64,000 nt of DNA from an uncultured Anaerolineae bacterium (GTDB taxonomy: Bacteria > Chloroflexota > Anaerolineae > JAFGEY01). The stretch is taken from NCBI GenBank assembly GCA_964428175.1, contig CAYRXM010000001.1, forward strand, positions 33,977 through 97,976. Reading direction: 5' to 3'. Each line of letters starts with the position of its first letter. Position 1 is the first letter of the stretch. Of this stretch, positions 44,558-53,934 are shown piece by piece. The translations under genes and the position numbers were made by a program. The notes beneath the pieces are model-generated. The model had not been told where the DNA came from. It saw only the letters and a program-made list of their open reading frames with translations, and did no database searches.

Positions 44558-46183
44558 ATGAAAAAAACTCTACTCAAACACATTCCCGGATTGATCCTCG
44601 TCGTAGCGGCGACCTGGCTGCTGCTGCAACTCGTCGCCGGCGCGGGGTTGTTTTTCGAACACATCGCGGCGGCGATCCGCTTTCCCTACGCGCTCGATTA
44701 CGGCGAGGGGCCGCTGCTCGACCAGGTGATGCATCTGGCACGTTTTGAAAACATTTACAAGCGCGACCTGAGCGCGCCGCCGTATACCATTTCCAACTAT
44801 CCGCCGCTTTTTTTGCTCGTCCAGGTGCCGCTGGCCTGGCTCTTTGGCCCGGCGCTGTGGTACGGGAGGGTCATCAACTTGATCAGCCTGGTTGTGGCCG
44901 CAGTCAGCATTGGTTTGACCATTTATACGATGACCGACGATCTGATCGCCGGGATCGTCGCCGGGCTGACCCTGCTGTTGTTCCCTTTTATCATCCATTG
45001 GTCGGCCTTTAACCGCATCGATGCGCTGGCGCTGGGGATTAGCTGCGCGGGGTTGTACGTCGTGGTGCGTTGGGGACACACCCGCCGCGGGTTGATCTGG
45101 GGCGCGGCGCTGCTGACCGCGTCGGTGTACACGCGGCAGTCGTATGCGCTGGCCGCGCCGATGGCCGCTTTTGTGTGGCTGCTGCGCCCCAGCGACGGGG
45201 CGAGCGTCGGTCGAGTAGGGCAATCGAACTTACTCGCACTCACCGAGTCTGCGAGTTCGAAAGGCCTGTATCGAGACCGCGCAAGCCTGCCCGATTCGCC
45301 GGCCGGACGGCTGCGCCGCGCCTTCGAACTGGCCGCCTGGGTAGCTGGAATGGGCCTGGGCGTGTTTGGGCTGCTCAACCTGATCACCTGGGGCGGGTTT
45401 TATTTCAACATTGTCACCGCCAATGTGAATCCCTTTTATTGGGGCACCGTTTGGGAATATGTCACCGAGATGTGGAAAAACATTCCCCTCTTGCTCGTTG
45501 CCGGTGCGTTGTTTTTGTCGGCCGGGCTGCTGCTGGTGACTGTTGGATTATGGCGGAGAAAAACGCTTGTCCCCAAGTCATGGTGGGTGGTCGCACCCTA
45601 TCTGGTCGGCGCGACGGCGTCGGCGATCACCATCGGCAAGTCGGGTTCGAACGTCAATTACCTGTTCGAGTTTTGCGCGGCGTTGGGCCTGGCAGTGGGC
45701 GCGTGGATCGCCTGGCCGAAAAAGTGGCCGCTGTTCCAGGCGGCGCTGATGCTGGCCCTGGTGCCGCAGGTCGCCGGCATTGCCCGCTGGACGCGCGAGG
45801 GGCGTTTTAACTGGATCATGGGCAAGATTGCCGAGCGCGACGAGATCGCCCGGATGACCGAGCTGGCGCGTGAGGTCGATGGCCCGGTGCTGGCCGACGA
45901 GTATATGGCGCTGCTGCCGCTGGCGGGCAAGCCGCTCTATTATCAGCCTTTTGAGCTGAAACAGCTTTATCTGGCCGGCATCTGGGATGAAAGCGGCTTT
46001 TTGCGAGACATTCAGGAGCAGAAATTTCCGCTGCTGTTGATTTATGACCCGCAGGGGTGGAATTCGCAACGAGAGCGCTGGACGCCGCAGCAGCTTTTTT
46101 ACATATCGCTCTATTACGAAGAAACAGATCGACTGGCCAGTACCATTGTGTACCAGCCAAAAAGCTTTGTTTTGAACGATTGA
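44558..46183 (+). CDS. polytopic membrane protein, possible GT-C (ArnT/PMT-like) glycosyltransferase
   Basis: More than 10 TM helices, an N-terminal YALDYGEGPLLDQ loop, and a soluble C-terminal domain. The functional call is tentative. Confidence 0.55.
   Translation: MKKTLLKHIPGLILVVAATWLLLQLVAGAGLFFEHIAAAIRFPYALDYGEGPLLDQVMHLARFENIYKRDLSAPPYTISNYPPLFLLVQVPLAWLFGPALWYGRVINLISLVVAAVSIGLTIYTMTDDLIAGIVAGLTLLLFPFIIHWSAFNRIDALALGISCAGLYVVVRWGHTRRGLIWGAALLTASVYTRQSYALAAPMAAFVWLLRPSDGASVGRVGQSNLLALTESASSKGLYRDRASLPDSPAGRLRRAFELAAWVAGMGLGVFGLLNLITWGGFYFNIVTANVNPFYWGTVWEYVTEMWKNIPLLLVAGALFLSAGLLLVTVGLWRRKTLVPKSWWVVAPYLVGATASAITIGKSGSNVNYLFEFCAALGLAVGAWIAWPKKWPLFQAALMLALVPQVAGIARWTREGRFNWIMGKIAERDEIARMTELAREVDGPVLADEYMALLPLAGKPLYYQPFELKQLYLAGIWDESGFLRDIQEQKFPLLLIYDPQGWNSQRERWTPQQLFYISLYYEETDRLASTIVYQPKSFVLND
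45201..45290 (+). repeat. family D repeat copy 2, in-frame inside a CDS
   Basis: GAGCGTCGGTCGAGTAGGGC and AGGCCTGTATCGAGACCGCGCAAGC match the D1 core. It encodes the loop ...SVGRVGQSNLLALTESASSKGLYRDRASLP... Confidence 0.7.
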
Positions 46184-46302
46184 CGCATGCCCAAGCCATT
46201 ACTCGCGGGATGATTTACCATCGTCCCGCTTTTTTTGAAGCCCCCTTCATTCTGTGCTATACTATCGTCCATGAAGCACTTGACTTGTCTGGGCATGAAT
46301 CG

Positions 46303-47043
46303 ATGAATGACGGCGTTGTCTGGTTGATCGTCTCCTTTGGCTTGTTGCTCTTGCTCACCCGCTGGATCGCCCGGCATGTGCAGGGCATCGGCTACCTGTT
46401 GACCGAAGACGGGCAAATTGCAATTGCCATCTATATGATTCTGACCCTGCCCGGCGTGCTGCTGCACGAACTCAGCCACGCGCTGGCCGCCCTTTTGCTG
46501 CGGGTCAAGGTGCGCCGGTTTTCGATTGGCATCCAATACAAAAGAAAAGATCAGGTCGCACTCGGCTCGGTGGACATTGCGCGCACCGATCCGATCCGGG
46601 CCAGCCTGATCGGCCTGGCTCCGCTGGTCACCGGGTGTGCGACAATCCTGCTGATTGGCAGCCTGGCGCTGGGACTGGGCCGTTTCGAGCCGTTCAGCCC
46701 ACGGGCGTTCTGGCGCGAACTGCCCACCATGTACCGCGCGTCCGATTTTTGGCTGTGGGTCTACCTCGTGTTTGCTGTGGGCAACGCGATGTTTCCCAGC
46801 GCGGCCGACCGTCACGCCTGGTGGCTGGCTTTGATTTTTATCGCCTTTGTGGGCGTCATTCTGTATTTTGCCGGGCTGCTAGACGAGCTTTCTGCCGCCG
46901 CCGGGGGATGGGCACAGAGCGCGATGAACCTGCTCACCTATGCCTTTGCCGTGACCGCCATCGTCGATGTGTTTTTTGGTGTGCTATTGTTTTTGATCGA
47001 GCAGTCGCTGGGGCTGCTCGGTTTTGGCCGGATCAAGTACTAG
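46303..47043 (+). CDS. M50-like intramembrane metalloprotease
   Basis: HELSHALAA (HExxH) in a TM helix and GNAMFPSAADRH (NxxPxxxD-like). Start trimmed to MNDGVVW. Confidence 0.6.
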   Translation: MNDGVVWLIVSFGLLLLLTRWIARHVQGIGYLLTEDGQIAIAIYMILTLPGVLLHELSHALAALLLRVKVRRFSIGIQYKRKDQVALGSVDIARTDPIRASLIGLAPLVTGCATILLIGSLALGLGRFEPFSPRAFWRELPTMYRASDFWLWVYLVFAVGNAMFPSAADRHAWWLALIFIAFVGVILYFAGLLDELSAAAGGWAQSAMNLLTYAFAVTAIVDVFFGVLLFLIEQSLGLLGFGRIKY

Positions 47044-47064
47044 TTTGATAAATGGAGATGAACA

Positions 47065-47883
47065 ATGATGAAACTTTCAGGCTTTGCGGACGAAATTTCA
47101 CCCGAATTGGATGTCCAACTGGACACGCTCGACTCGCTGGGGATCAGGTTTCTGGAACTGCGTGGGGTGTGGGGAAAAAACGTCCTCGCGCTGAGCGACG
47201 AGGAACTGGACACGGTCAAGGCCGAACTCGACCGGCGCGGCATCGGCGTGTCGGCGATCGGCTCACCGCTGGGCAAAGCGCCGATCGACAATGATTTCGA
47301 GGAATACAAGCAGGTGGTGCAGCGGGCCATCGACGTGGCCAAAAAATTGAACTGCCCGTACATCCGCATGTTTTCCTTTTACGGCCAGGACCGCCAGGCC
47401 GACCGCGCCGAGGTGATGCGCCGCTTGCAGTCCATGGTCGACATGGCCGCCGCGCAGGGTGTGACCCTGCTGCACGAGAACGAAAAGGGCATCTATGGCG
47501 AGACGGCGACCCAGTGCGCCGACCTGCACCGGACGATCAAGGGCGATGCGTTTCGCGCCACCTTTGACCCGGCCAACTTTGTCCAGGCCGGGGTCAAACC
47601 GTTCGACGAGGCTTTCGGGTTGCTCAAGTCGTACATCGCCTATTTTCACATCAAAGACGCAGTGATGTCCGATGGGCACGTCGTCCCGGCGGGCGAGGGC
47701 GATGGGCAAATACGCGAGTTGATGGCCGCCGCCAGGTCGATGGGCTATGACGGGTTTTTGTCGCTGGAGCCGCACCTCAAGGTCGCCGGGCATTCGAGCG
47801 GGTTCACCGGCCCGGAACTGTTTGCCACGGCGGCAAAGGCGCTGTGCAAAATCCTTGACGAATTGAATATCGAGTATATATAA
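47065..47883 (+). CDS. sugar phosphate isomerase/epimerase (xylose-isomerase-like TIM barrel)
   Basis: MKLSGFADEIS...LGIRFLELRGVWGKNV...HENEKGIYG...LSLEPH pattern. Confidence 0.8.
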   Translation: MMKLSGFADEISPELDVQLDTLDSLGIRFLELRGVWGKNVLALSDEELDTVKAELDRRGIGVSAIGSPLGKAPIDNDFEEYKQVVQRAIDVAKKLNCPYIRMFSFYGQDRQADRAEVMRRLQSMVDMAAAQGVTLLHENEKGIYGETATQCADLHRTIKGDAFRATFDPANFVQAGVKPFDEAFGLLKSYIAYFHIKDAVMSDGHVVPAGEGDGQIRELMAAARSMGYDGFLSLEPHLKVAGHSSGFTGPELFATAAKALCKILDELNIEYI

Positions 47884-47985
47884 GTGTTCTTGTTTGTTTG
47901 AATTCTTTAAGCATCGAAACTCCCACCGCAGATCGCCGTCCCAAAGGACGGCGATTGGTCTTTGGGCTGAAAGGATCAAGGCGAC

Positions 47986-49821
47986 ATGCTGGACAAACTT
48001 AAATACTGGATCATTGGCTCGCCGCTGCCGACGCAGCGGCTTGCCTCGGAGCGTCTGAACAAGATTCGCGCGCTGGCTGCTTTTTCGCCTGACGCGCTTT
48101 CGTCCATCGCCTATGCCAACCAGGAAATTTACCTGGGATTGGTGGTCGCCGGCAGCGCCGGGCTGGCTCTGGCCTGGCCGATTGGACTGATCATCGTGGG
48201 ATTGCTCATCCTGGTGGCTTTCTCTTACTTTCAGACCATTCACGGCTATCCATCCGGCGGCGGCTCCTACGTGGTCGCGCGGACCAACCTGGGCACGCTG
48301 CCGGGATTGATCACTGCGGCGGCCCTGTTGATCGGCTACCTGCTGACGGCGGCGGTCAGCCTCACTGCCGGCGTCGAGCAAATCGCTTCGGCCTTTCCGA
48401 TGCTGTGGCCCTACCGGATTCCGCTGGCGCTGGTCTGTCTCGGGGTGATCGCCTGGATCAACTTGCGGGGTGTACAAGAGTCGGGCACACTGATGGCTGT
48501 GCCGGTGTATCTGTTCCTGATCAGCTATTTTGGCATGCTGGTTTGGGGCCTGGTGCGTGCCCTGATCGATGGCCCCGGCTCCTTTGTCGCCGCACCGCCG
48601 CCTACCCAACCGCTGACGCTGCTGCTGCTGCTCGATGCTTTTTCGGCGGGCTGTACGGCGCTCACTGGCATTGAAGCGATCAGCAACGGTGTGCCCTCTT
48701 TCCGCCCGCCCGAGTCCAAAAATGCCGGGCAGACCTTGATGGCGATGGCCCTGCTGATGGCCTTACTTTTCGTTGGCAGCATCGGCTTGACCCAGTTTTT
48801 TGCCGTCACTGCCGGGGCTGAAGAAACGATCCTCTCGGCGCTGGCACGGCGGCTGCTTGGCGGCGGCCCGCTTTATTTGCTCGTCCAGGCCAGCACGATG
48901 GCGATTCTGGTGGTGGCGGCCAACACCAGTTTCGCCGGATTCCCACGCCTGGCTGCCATCCTGGCTCAAGATCGCTTTTTACCTTTCCAATTGGCCAACC
49001 TGGGCGACCGGCTGGTGTTTCAAAACGGCATTTTGCTCCTTACTGCGGCCACCGGCGTGCTGATTGTCCTTTTTGGCGGGCAAAGCCACGCGCTGATCCC
49101 GCTCTTTGCTGTGGGCGTGTTTCTGGCTTTTACTCTCTCGCAAACGGGTATGGTGGTGCATTGGTGGCGCGCACGCGGGCGCGGCTGGTGGTTCAAGGCG
49201 GTGATCAATGGCATCGGAGCATTGGCAACGGCGCTGGTCGTTTTTGTGGTGGGCGGCAGCAAGTTTCTCGAAGGCGCCTGGTTGACCCTGCTGTTTATCC
49301 CGGCATTGGTGATTTTTTTCTTCCAGGCACATGCGCATTACCAGACTATCCGCGGCCAGTTGTCGATGCGCGGCCTGTCCAAACTGGATCAGACGGCAGG
49401 CCGGCCGCGTGTGGTGGTGCCCATCTCGGGCGTTCACCTGGGCGTTGTCAACGCAGTTAATTTTGCCTGCGCTATCTCGGACCAGGTGACGGCCCTGTAC
49501 ATCGAACTGACACCGGGCGCAAGTGAGCACATCCGCGAAGAATGGCAGCGCTACTGGCCCGACGTGCCGCTGGTGGTCGTGTCTTCGCCATATCGTTCCA
49601 TTGTCGGGCCGCTGCTCGATTTCCTGGATGAAACCGACCGTCAACACAAGGACGATCGGCCAACTGCCGTGGTTCTGCCCGAATTTATCCCGGCAAAATG
49701 GTGGCAAGGGCTGCTGCACAACCAGACTGCCTGGGCGATCAAGGCCGCGCTGCTCTACCGACGGCGCAGGCAGGGTTATCAGCGGGTGATTGTCGATGTG
49801 CCCTATCACCTGCAAAAGTGA
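47986..49821 (+). CDS. APC-superfamily permease with C-terminal cytoplasmic domain (paralog 1)
   Basis: 12-TM core with FSPDALSSIAYA and YPSGGGSY. The last 50 aa are identical to paralog 2. Confidence 0.85.
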   Translation: MLDKLKYWIIGSPLPTQRLASERLNKIRALAAFSPDALSSIAYANQEIYLGLVVAGSAGLALAWPIGLIIVGLLILVAFSYFQTIHGYPSGGGSYVVARTNLGTLPGLITAAALLIGYLLTAAVSLTAGVEQIASAFPMLWPYRIPLALVCLGVIAWINLRGVQESGTLMAVPVYLFLISYFGMLVWGLVRALIDGPGSFVAAPPPTQPLTLLLLLDAFSAGCTALTGIEAISNGVPSFRPPESKNAGQTLMAMALLMALLFVGSIGLTQFFAVTAGAEETILSALARRLLGGGPLYLLVQASTMAILVVAANTSFAGFPRLAAILAQDRFLPFQLANLGDRLVFQNGILLLTAATGVLIVLFGGQSHALIPLFAVGVFLAFTLSQTGMVVHWWRARGRGWWFKAVINGIGALATALVVFVVGGSKFLEGAWLTLLFIPALVIFFFQAHAHYQTIRGQLSMRGLSKLDQTAGRPRVVVPISGVHLGVVNAVNFACAISDQVTALYIELTPGASEHIREEWQRYWPDVPLVVVSSPYRSIVGPLLDFLDETDRQHKDDRPTAVVLPEFIPAKWWQGLLHNQTAWAIKAALLYRRRRQGYQRVIVDVPYHLQK

Positions 49822-49835
49822 GATCGGAGGAAGAT

Positions 49836-50192
49836 GTGGTCGGTAAGAAGCACAGGTGGCTGCCCTATGCTGTCGTGGCAACGGGGGCAGTGATCGTTCT
49901 GCTGGTCATTTTTTCCATCAACAGTGAGCCGTTGGTGCGCTGGTTTCAGGCCGACGAAAGGTCGATAACCTGGCAGGAAATGCTGGGAATGGGGTTGATA
50001 TCTATGTTCATCCTGGCGCTGCTGTTGAGCCATATGGTGCTGGTCGTTGTAGCCGCCAGCTCGTTGAGCAAGCCCCACACACCGGCGATCGAAAAGCCAA
50101 CCGTATGCCCGCAGTGCGCGCGTGCCGTCCAGGGCGATTGGCGGGTGTGCCCATACTGTGGGTTCAGGCTGGATACGTCTTTGAACAGTTGA
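49836..50192 (+). CDS. membrane protein with C-terminal zinc ribbon
   Basis: GTG lies 5 nt after GGAGG. Two TM helices, then CPQC...CPYC. Confidence 0.5.
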   Translation: MVGKKHRWLPYAVVATGAVIVLLVIFSINSEPLVRWFQADERSITWQEMLGMGLISMFILALLLSHMVLVVVAASSLSKPHTPAIEKPTVCPQCARAVQGDWRVCPYCGFRLDTSLNS

Positions 50193-50214
50193 TTATTTCA
50201 AGGCAGCTGCTCGG

Positions 50215-50314
50215 CCTATCCTTGCAAAGGTTTCAACTTGTCTGCGCTTGGGCCTGGTTGTGTTGACCTGGATTGATGGATCGGTACATTGGTCTCAACC
50301 TTTCGCAAGGGGTG
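50215..50314. repeat. TIR-bearing repeat, family C copy 2
   Basis: CCTATCCTTGCAAAGGTTTC ... CAACCTTTCGCAAGGGG, the same termini as 17248..17348. Confidence 0.6.
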
Positions 50315-50345
50315 GTCGTTACATTAAGATTGAGGAACAAATTTG

Positions 50346-52205
50346 ATGTGGACTCGTATTCGTCGTATTTTGTTTGGTTCGCCGCTGTCGACTGCTGCTG
50401 AGGTTCACCAACGTCTGAGCAAGGTTATGGCATTGGCCGTGTTTTCCTCTGATGCCTTGTCTTCAGTGGCTTACGCCACCGAAGAAATTCTGCTCGCTCT
50501 GGTCGTTGCCGGGACGACAGCGCTGCATGTTTCTCTGCCGATCTCGCTGGCTATTTCTGCTGTGTTGGTCATTGTGGCTGTTTCTTATTACCAGACCATT
50601 CATGGTTACCCATCTGGTGGCGGCGCTTATATTGTTGCCTATGACAACCTGGGCACCTGGCCGGGACTAACGGCCGGGTCCGCTCTCATGATTGATTATG
50701 TGTTAACGGTCGCGGTCAGCATCACCGCCGGCATTGCTGCACTCACCTCGGCTTTTCCGTTCTTGTTGCCCTATCGAGTTCTCTTGTGCCTGCTGGCGAT
50801 TGTGTTTATTATGTGGGCCAATCTGCGCGGCGTGCGAGAATCGGGAACGATGTTTTCTCTGCCCACCTATGGATTCATTTCAATTTTCCTTGCCCTGATC
50901 GTCGTCGGTCTGATCCGATTAGTCTTTGGCAACACCGGGCCGGTGTCTGCGCCGGCCCATGCCCTTGAAGGCGCTGTACAACCACTCACATTGTTTCTGG
51001 TCTTGCGTGCGTTTGCTTCCGGCTGTGCCGCACTGACCGGCATTGAAGCGATCAGCAACGGTATTCCGGCTTTCAAAAAACCGGAGGCCGACAATGCCGG
51101 CAAAACGCTGATTGCTATGGCCGCCTTGTTGACCATTATGTTTCTGGGGATCGGCATCTTGGCCCATTTTCTCAACGTGATTCCCTCGGAAGAAGAAACG
51201 GTGGTTTCCCAGATTGGCAAACAGGTCTTTGGCGGTGGTTCGCTGTACCTGGTCTTGCAGTTTGCCACGATGCTGATCCTGATCCTGGCTGCCAACACTT
51301 CGTTTGCCGATTTTCCACGCCTGGCGGCCATTCTGGCCCGCGCGTGTTATTTGCCCAAACAATTTACACACCTGGGTGACCGGCTTGTTTTTGCCAACGG
51401 TATCATCATTCTGGCCTTGCTGGCTTCCGGCTTGGTCATTTTGTTTGGTGGCCAGACGCATCGCTTGATCCCCCTGTATGCCGTGGGCGTTTTTCTCTCC
51501 TTTACTCTATCGCAGACAGGAATGGTGGTGCATTGGCGAAGGGAAAAAGGAAAAGGCTGGCAGTGGAAACTGGTGTTGAACGGCATCGGCGCGGCTGCGA
51601 CGGCGGTCGTACTGAGCGTGATTATCCTGACCAAGTTCTTGCGCGGAGCCTGGATCGTGACACTGTTGATTCCCGCCTGCGTCTGGATGTTTCATGTCAT
51701 CCACAAGCACTACGATGACGTCGCCCGGCAGCTGTCGTTGAACGGGCTTTCTCCCGAAACCTGGGATGACGTCGATCCACTGAACCGGCACAAGATCGTC
51801 GTACCCGTCTCGGGCATCCACCGGGGCGCGTTGGCGGCGTTGCATTTTGCGCGGACGATGTCAAACGATGTCACTGCGGTGACGGTTGACATCGAGGCGC
51901 AAGCGACGGAGCGCGTGCGCGACAAATGGTGTATATGGGGACAGTGTATGCCCCTGGTCGTGCTGCCTTCGCCATACCGCTCGGTGGTCGGCCCCTTGCT
52001 GGAATACCTGGACGAAGCGGATCGGCGCGATCCGGAGCGAGGCCTTGCTGTTGTGGTTCTGCCCGAATTTATCCCGGCAAAATGGTGGCAAGGGCTGCTG
52101 CACAACCAGACTGCCTGGGCGATCAAGGCCGCGCTGCTCTACCGACGGCGCAGGCAGGGTTATCAGCGGGTGATTGTCGATGTGCCCTATCACCTGCAAA
52201 AGTGA
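50346..52205 (+). CDS. APC-superfamily permease (paralog 2)
   Basis: Collinear with 47986..49821. It is visibly more A/T-rich at third codon positions, except in the last ~150 nt. Confidence 0.85.
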   Translation: MWTRIRRILFGSPLSTAAEVHQRLSKVMALAVFSSDALSSVAYATEEILLALVVAGTTALHVSLPISLAISAVLVIVAVSYYQTIHGYPSGGGAYIVAYDNLGTWPGLTAGSALMIDYVLTVAVSITAGIAALTSAFPFLLPYRVLLCLLAIVFIMWANLRGVRESGTMFSLPTYGFISIFLALIVVGLIRLVFGNTGPVSAPAHALEGAVQPLTLFLVLRAFASGCAALTGIEAISNGIPAFKKPEADNAGKTLIAMAALLTIMFLGIGILAHFLNVIPSEEETVVSQIGKQVFGGGSLYLVLQFATMLILILAANTSFADFPRLAAILARACYLPKQFTHLGDRLVFANGIIILALLASGLVILFGGQTHRLIPLYAVGVFLSFTLSQTGMVVHWRREKGKGWQWKLVLNGIGAAATAVVLSVIILTKFLRGAWIVTLLIPACVWMFHVIHKHYDDVARQLSLNGLSPETWDDVDPLNRHKIVVPVSGIHRGALAALHFARTMSNDVTAVTVDIEAQATERVRDKWCIWGQCMPLVVLPSPYRSVVGPLLEYLDEADRRDPERGLAVVVLPEFIPAKWWQGLLHNQTAWAIKAALLYRRRRQGYQRVIVDVPYHLQK

Positions 52206-52217
52206 GTGTGGACGCAT

Positions 52218-52346
52218 GACTCTGCTGGAAAAAGGGACACAGGTGAACACAGGCTAACGCACACTGATAAGAATATAAAGTCAGTGTCAATCAGTGAAAA
52301 TCGGTGTCCCATTTTTCCAGCCGTTTTTAGTTTTTTCAGCGGACTC
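52218..52346 (-). repeat. MITE-like repeat, family A copy 2
   Basis: Its reverse complement aligns end to end with 12263..12389. Confidence 0.8.
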
Positions 52347-52407
52347 GCGTATACATCCACGGAACCCGGACCAATTTGAGATCGGCAGCCCGTCGCCGCT
52401 TGTATGC

Positions 52408-53877
52408 CTACTTGGTCCCCAACCCGAACGCCGCGTGGACGGCGCGCACGGCCTGGTCGGCCTGCGCCTCGTCGATGACCAGCGAAATGTTGTCTGCTGA
52501 CGATCCCTGCGCAATGGAAAGGATGTTAACCCCACTATCGGATAGCGCGGTGAACAGTCGCGCGGCGATGCCCACCGTATCCTTCATCCGCTCGCCGACG
52601 ATGGTCAGCACGGCAATGTCGCTGCGGTAGCTGATCTCTTCGACGTTGTGACGCAGCATGTCGTATTCAAAGGCGCGGCGCAGCGCCTTTTCGGCGCGCG
52701 GTGCGGCGTCGCCGGGCACGACAAAACAAATGCTCTGCTCCGACGACGACTGCGAGAACATCAGCACGTTGATCTGCTCGTTGGCGACCGTCGAAAAGAC
52801 GCGCGCGGCGATGCCGGGCACGCCCATCATCCCTCTGCCTTCAACGGCGACCTGGCTGACGCCGCGAATGGCGGTGATGCCCTTGACCACCCGCCCGTTG
52901 GCCTGCGGGCGGGCCACAATATCGGTGCCGGGATGCTCCGGGTTGAACGAGTTGAGGATGCGCAGCGGAATTCCTCGTTCCACGGCGGGCAGAATCGTCT
53001 TGGGGTGGATCACCTTGGCCCCGAAATAGGAAAACTCGGCCGCCTCCCCGTACGACAGCGCCTCGATGGTCTGCGCGTCGGACACCACGCGCGGATCGGC
53101 GGTCATCACCCCGTCCACATCCGACCAGATCCAGATTTCATGGCTGTCCAGGCACGCGCCGACGATGGTCGCGCTGTAATCGCTGCCGCCGCGCCCCAAC
53201 GTGGTCAGCACACCTTCTTCCGTCGCGCCGATAAAGCCAGTAATCACCGGCACGGCACTGCCCACCGCTCCGCTTGGATGTTCCAGCAAGGGCAGCAGCC
53301 GGGCGCGCGTCTTTTCCCTGGTTTTCTGCATCAGCGGGTTGGCCGCGCCAAAATGGTCGTCGGTGACGATCAACTCGCTCGCCTCGACTGCCTCGGCGGC
53401 GAGGCCCCGGGCGCGCATCGCTGCGGCGACGATTTTCACCGACAGGCGCTCGCCCAGCCCGCTGACCACATCCAGGCCGCGCGGGGTCAGTTCGCCCAGC
53501 ACCGCCACCGCCCGGCACAGACTGTGGACGTGGGTGAGCAGGCTGTCGATCTCGCCCTCGATCTCGAACCGTGCGCCGGCGTCGGGCGCGAGCGCGGCGA
53601 GCGTGTCGAGGTGCTTTTGGTGCAGCGCTTCGACCGTCCGGTTGACCGCCGGCGCGTCGCCGTTTACGGCGGCCTGGGCCGCGGCGATCAGCGCATTGGT
53701 CACGCCGTTCATCGCCGAGACGATGACGACGACCCGCCGTTCGTCTGCGCCGGGGATGGGGTGCAGTTCGTTGCTCTGCGTGCGGCGAACAATGTCGGCG
53801 ACGCGGGCGATGGCCTCTACGCTGCCCACCGACGTGCCGCCAAATTTCATGGTGATGAGATGAGAGTGGACGGACAT
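52408..53877 (-). CDS. ask: aspartate kinase
   Basis: RBS GAGGAG. KFGGTSVG, and C-terminal ACT domains. The ORF-track N-terminal extension was trimmed. Confidence 0.9.
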   Translation of the reverse strand: MSVHSHLITMKFGGTSVGSVEAIARVADIVRRTQSNELHPIPGADERRVVVIVSAMNGVTNALIAAAQAAVNGDAPAVNRTVEALHQKHLDTLAALAPDAGARFEIEGEIDSLLTHVHSLCRAVAVLGELTPRGLDVVSGLGERLSVKIVAAAMRARGLAAEAVEASELIVTDDHFGAANPLMQKTREKTRARLLPLLEHPSGAVGSAVPVITGFIGATEEGVLTTLGRGGSDYSATIVGACLDSHEIWIWSDVDGVMTADPRVVSDAQTIEALSYGEAAEFSYFGAKVIHPKTILPAVERGIPLRILNSFNPEHPGTDIVARPQANGRVVKGITAIRGVSQVAVEGRGMMGVPGIAARVFSTVANEQINVLMFSQSSSEQSICFVVPGDAAPRAEKALRRAFEYDMLRHNVEEISYRSDIAVLTIVGERMKDTVGIAARLFTALSDSGVNILSIAQGSSADNISLVIDEAQADQAVRAVHAAFGLGTK

Positions 53878-53901
53878 GAGTCGACTCCTCTTTTTCAGTC
53901 C

Positions 53902-53934
53902 AGACCTGCCAGGTTTCTGAAACCTGCCAGGTCT
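53902..53934. repeat. GAAACCTGG-type intercistronic hairpin
   Basis: AGACCTGCCAGGTTT-CTG-AAACCTGCCAGGTCT (one C-C mismatch) between thrC and ask. Confidence 0.6.
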
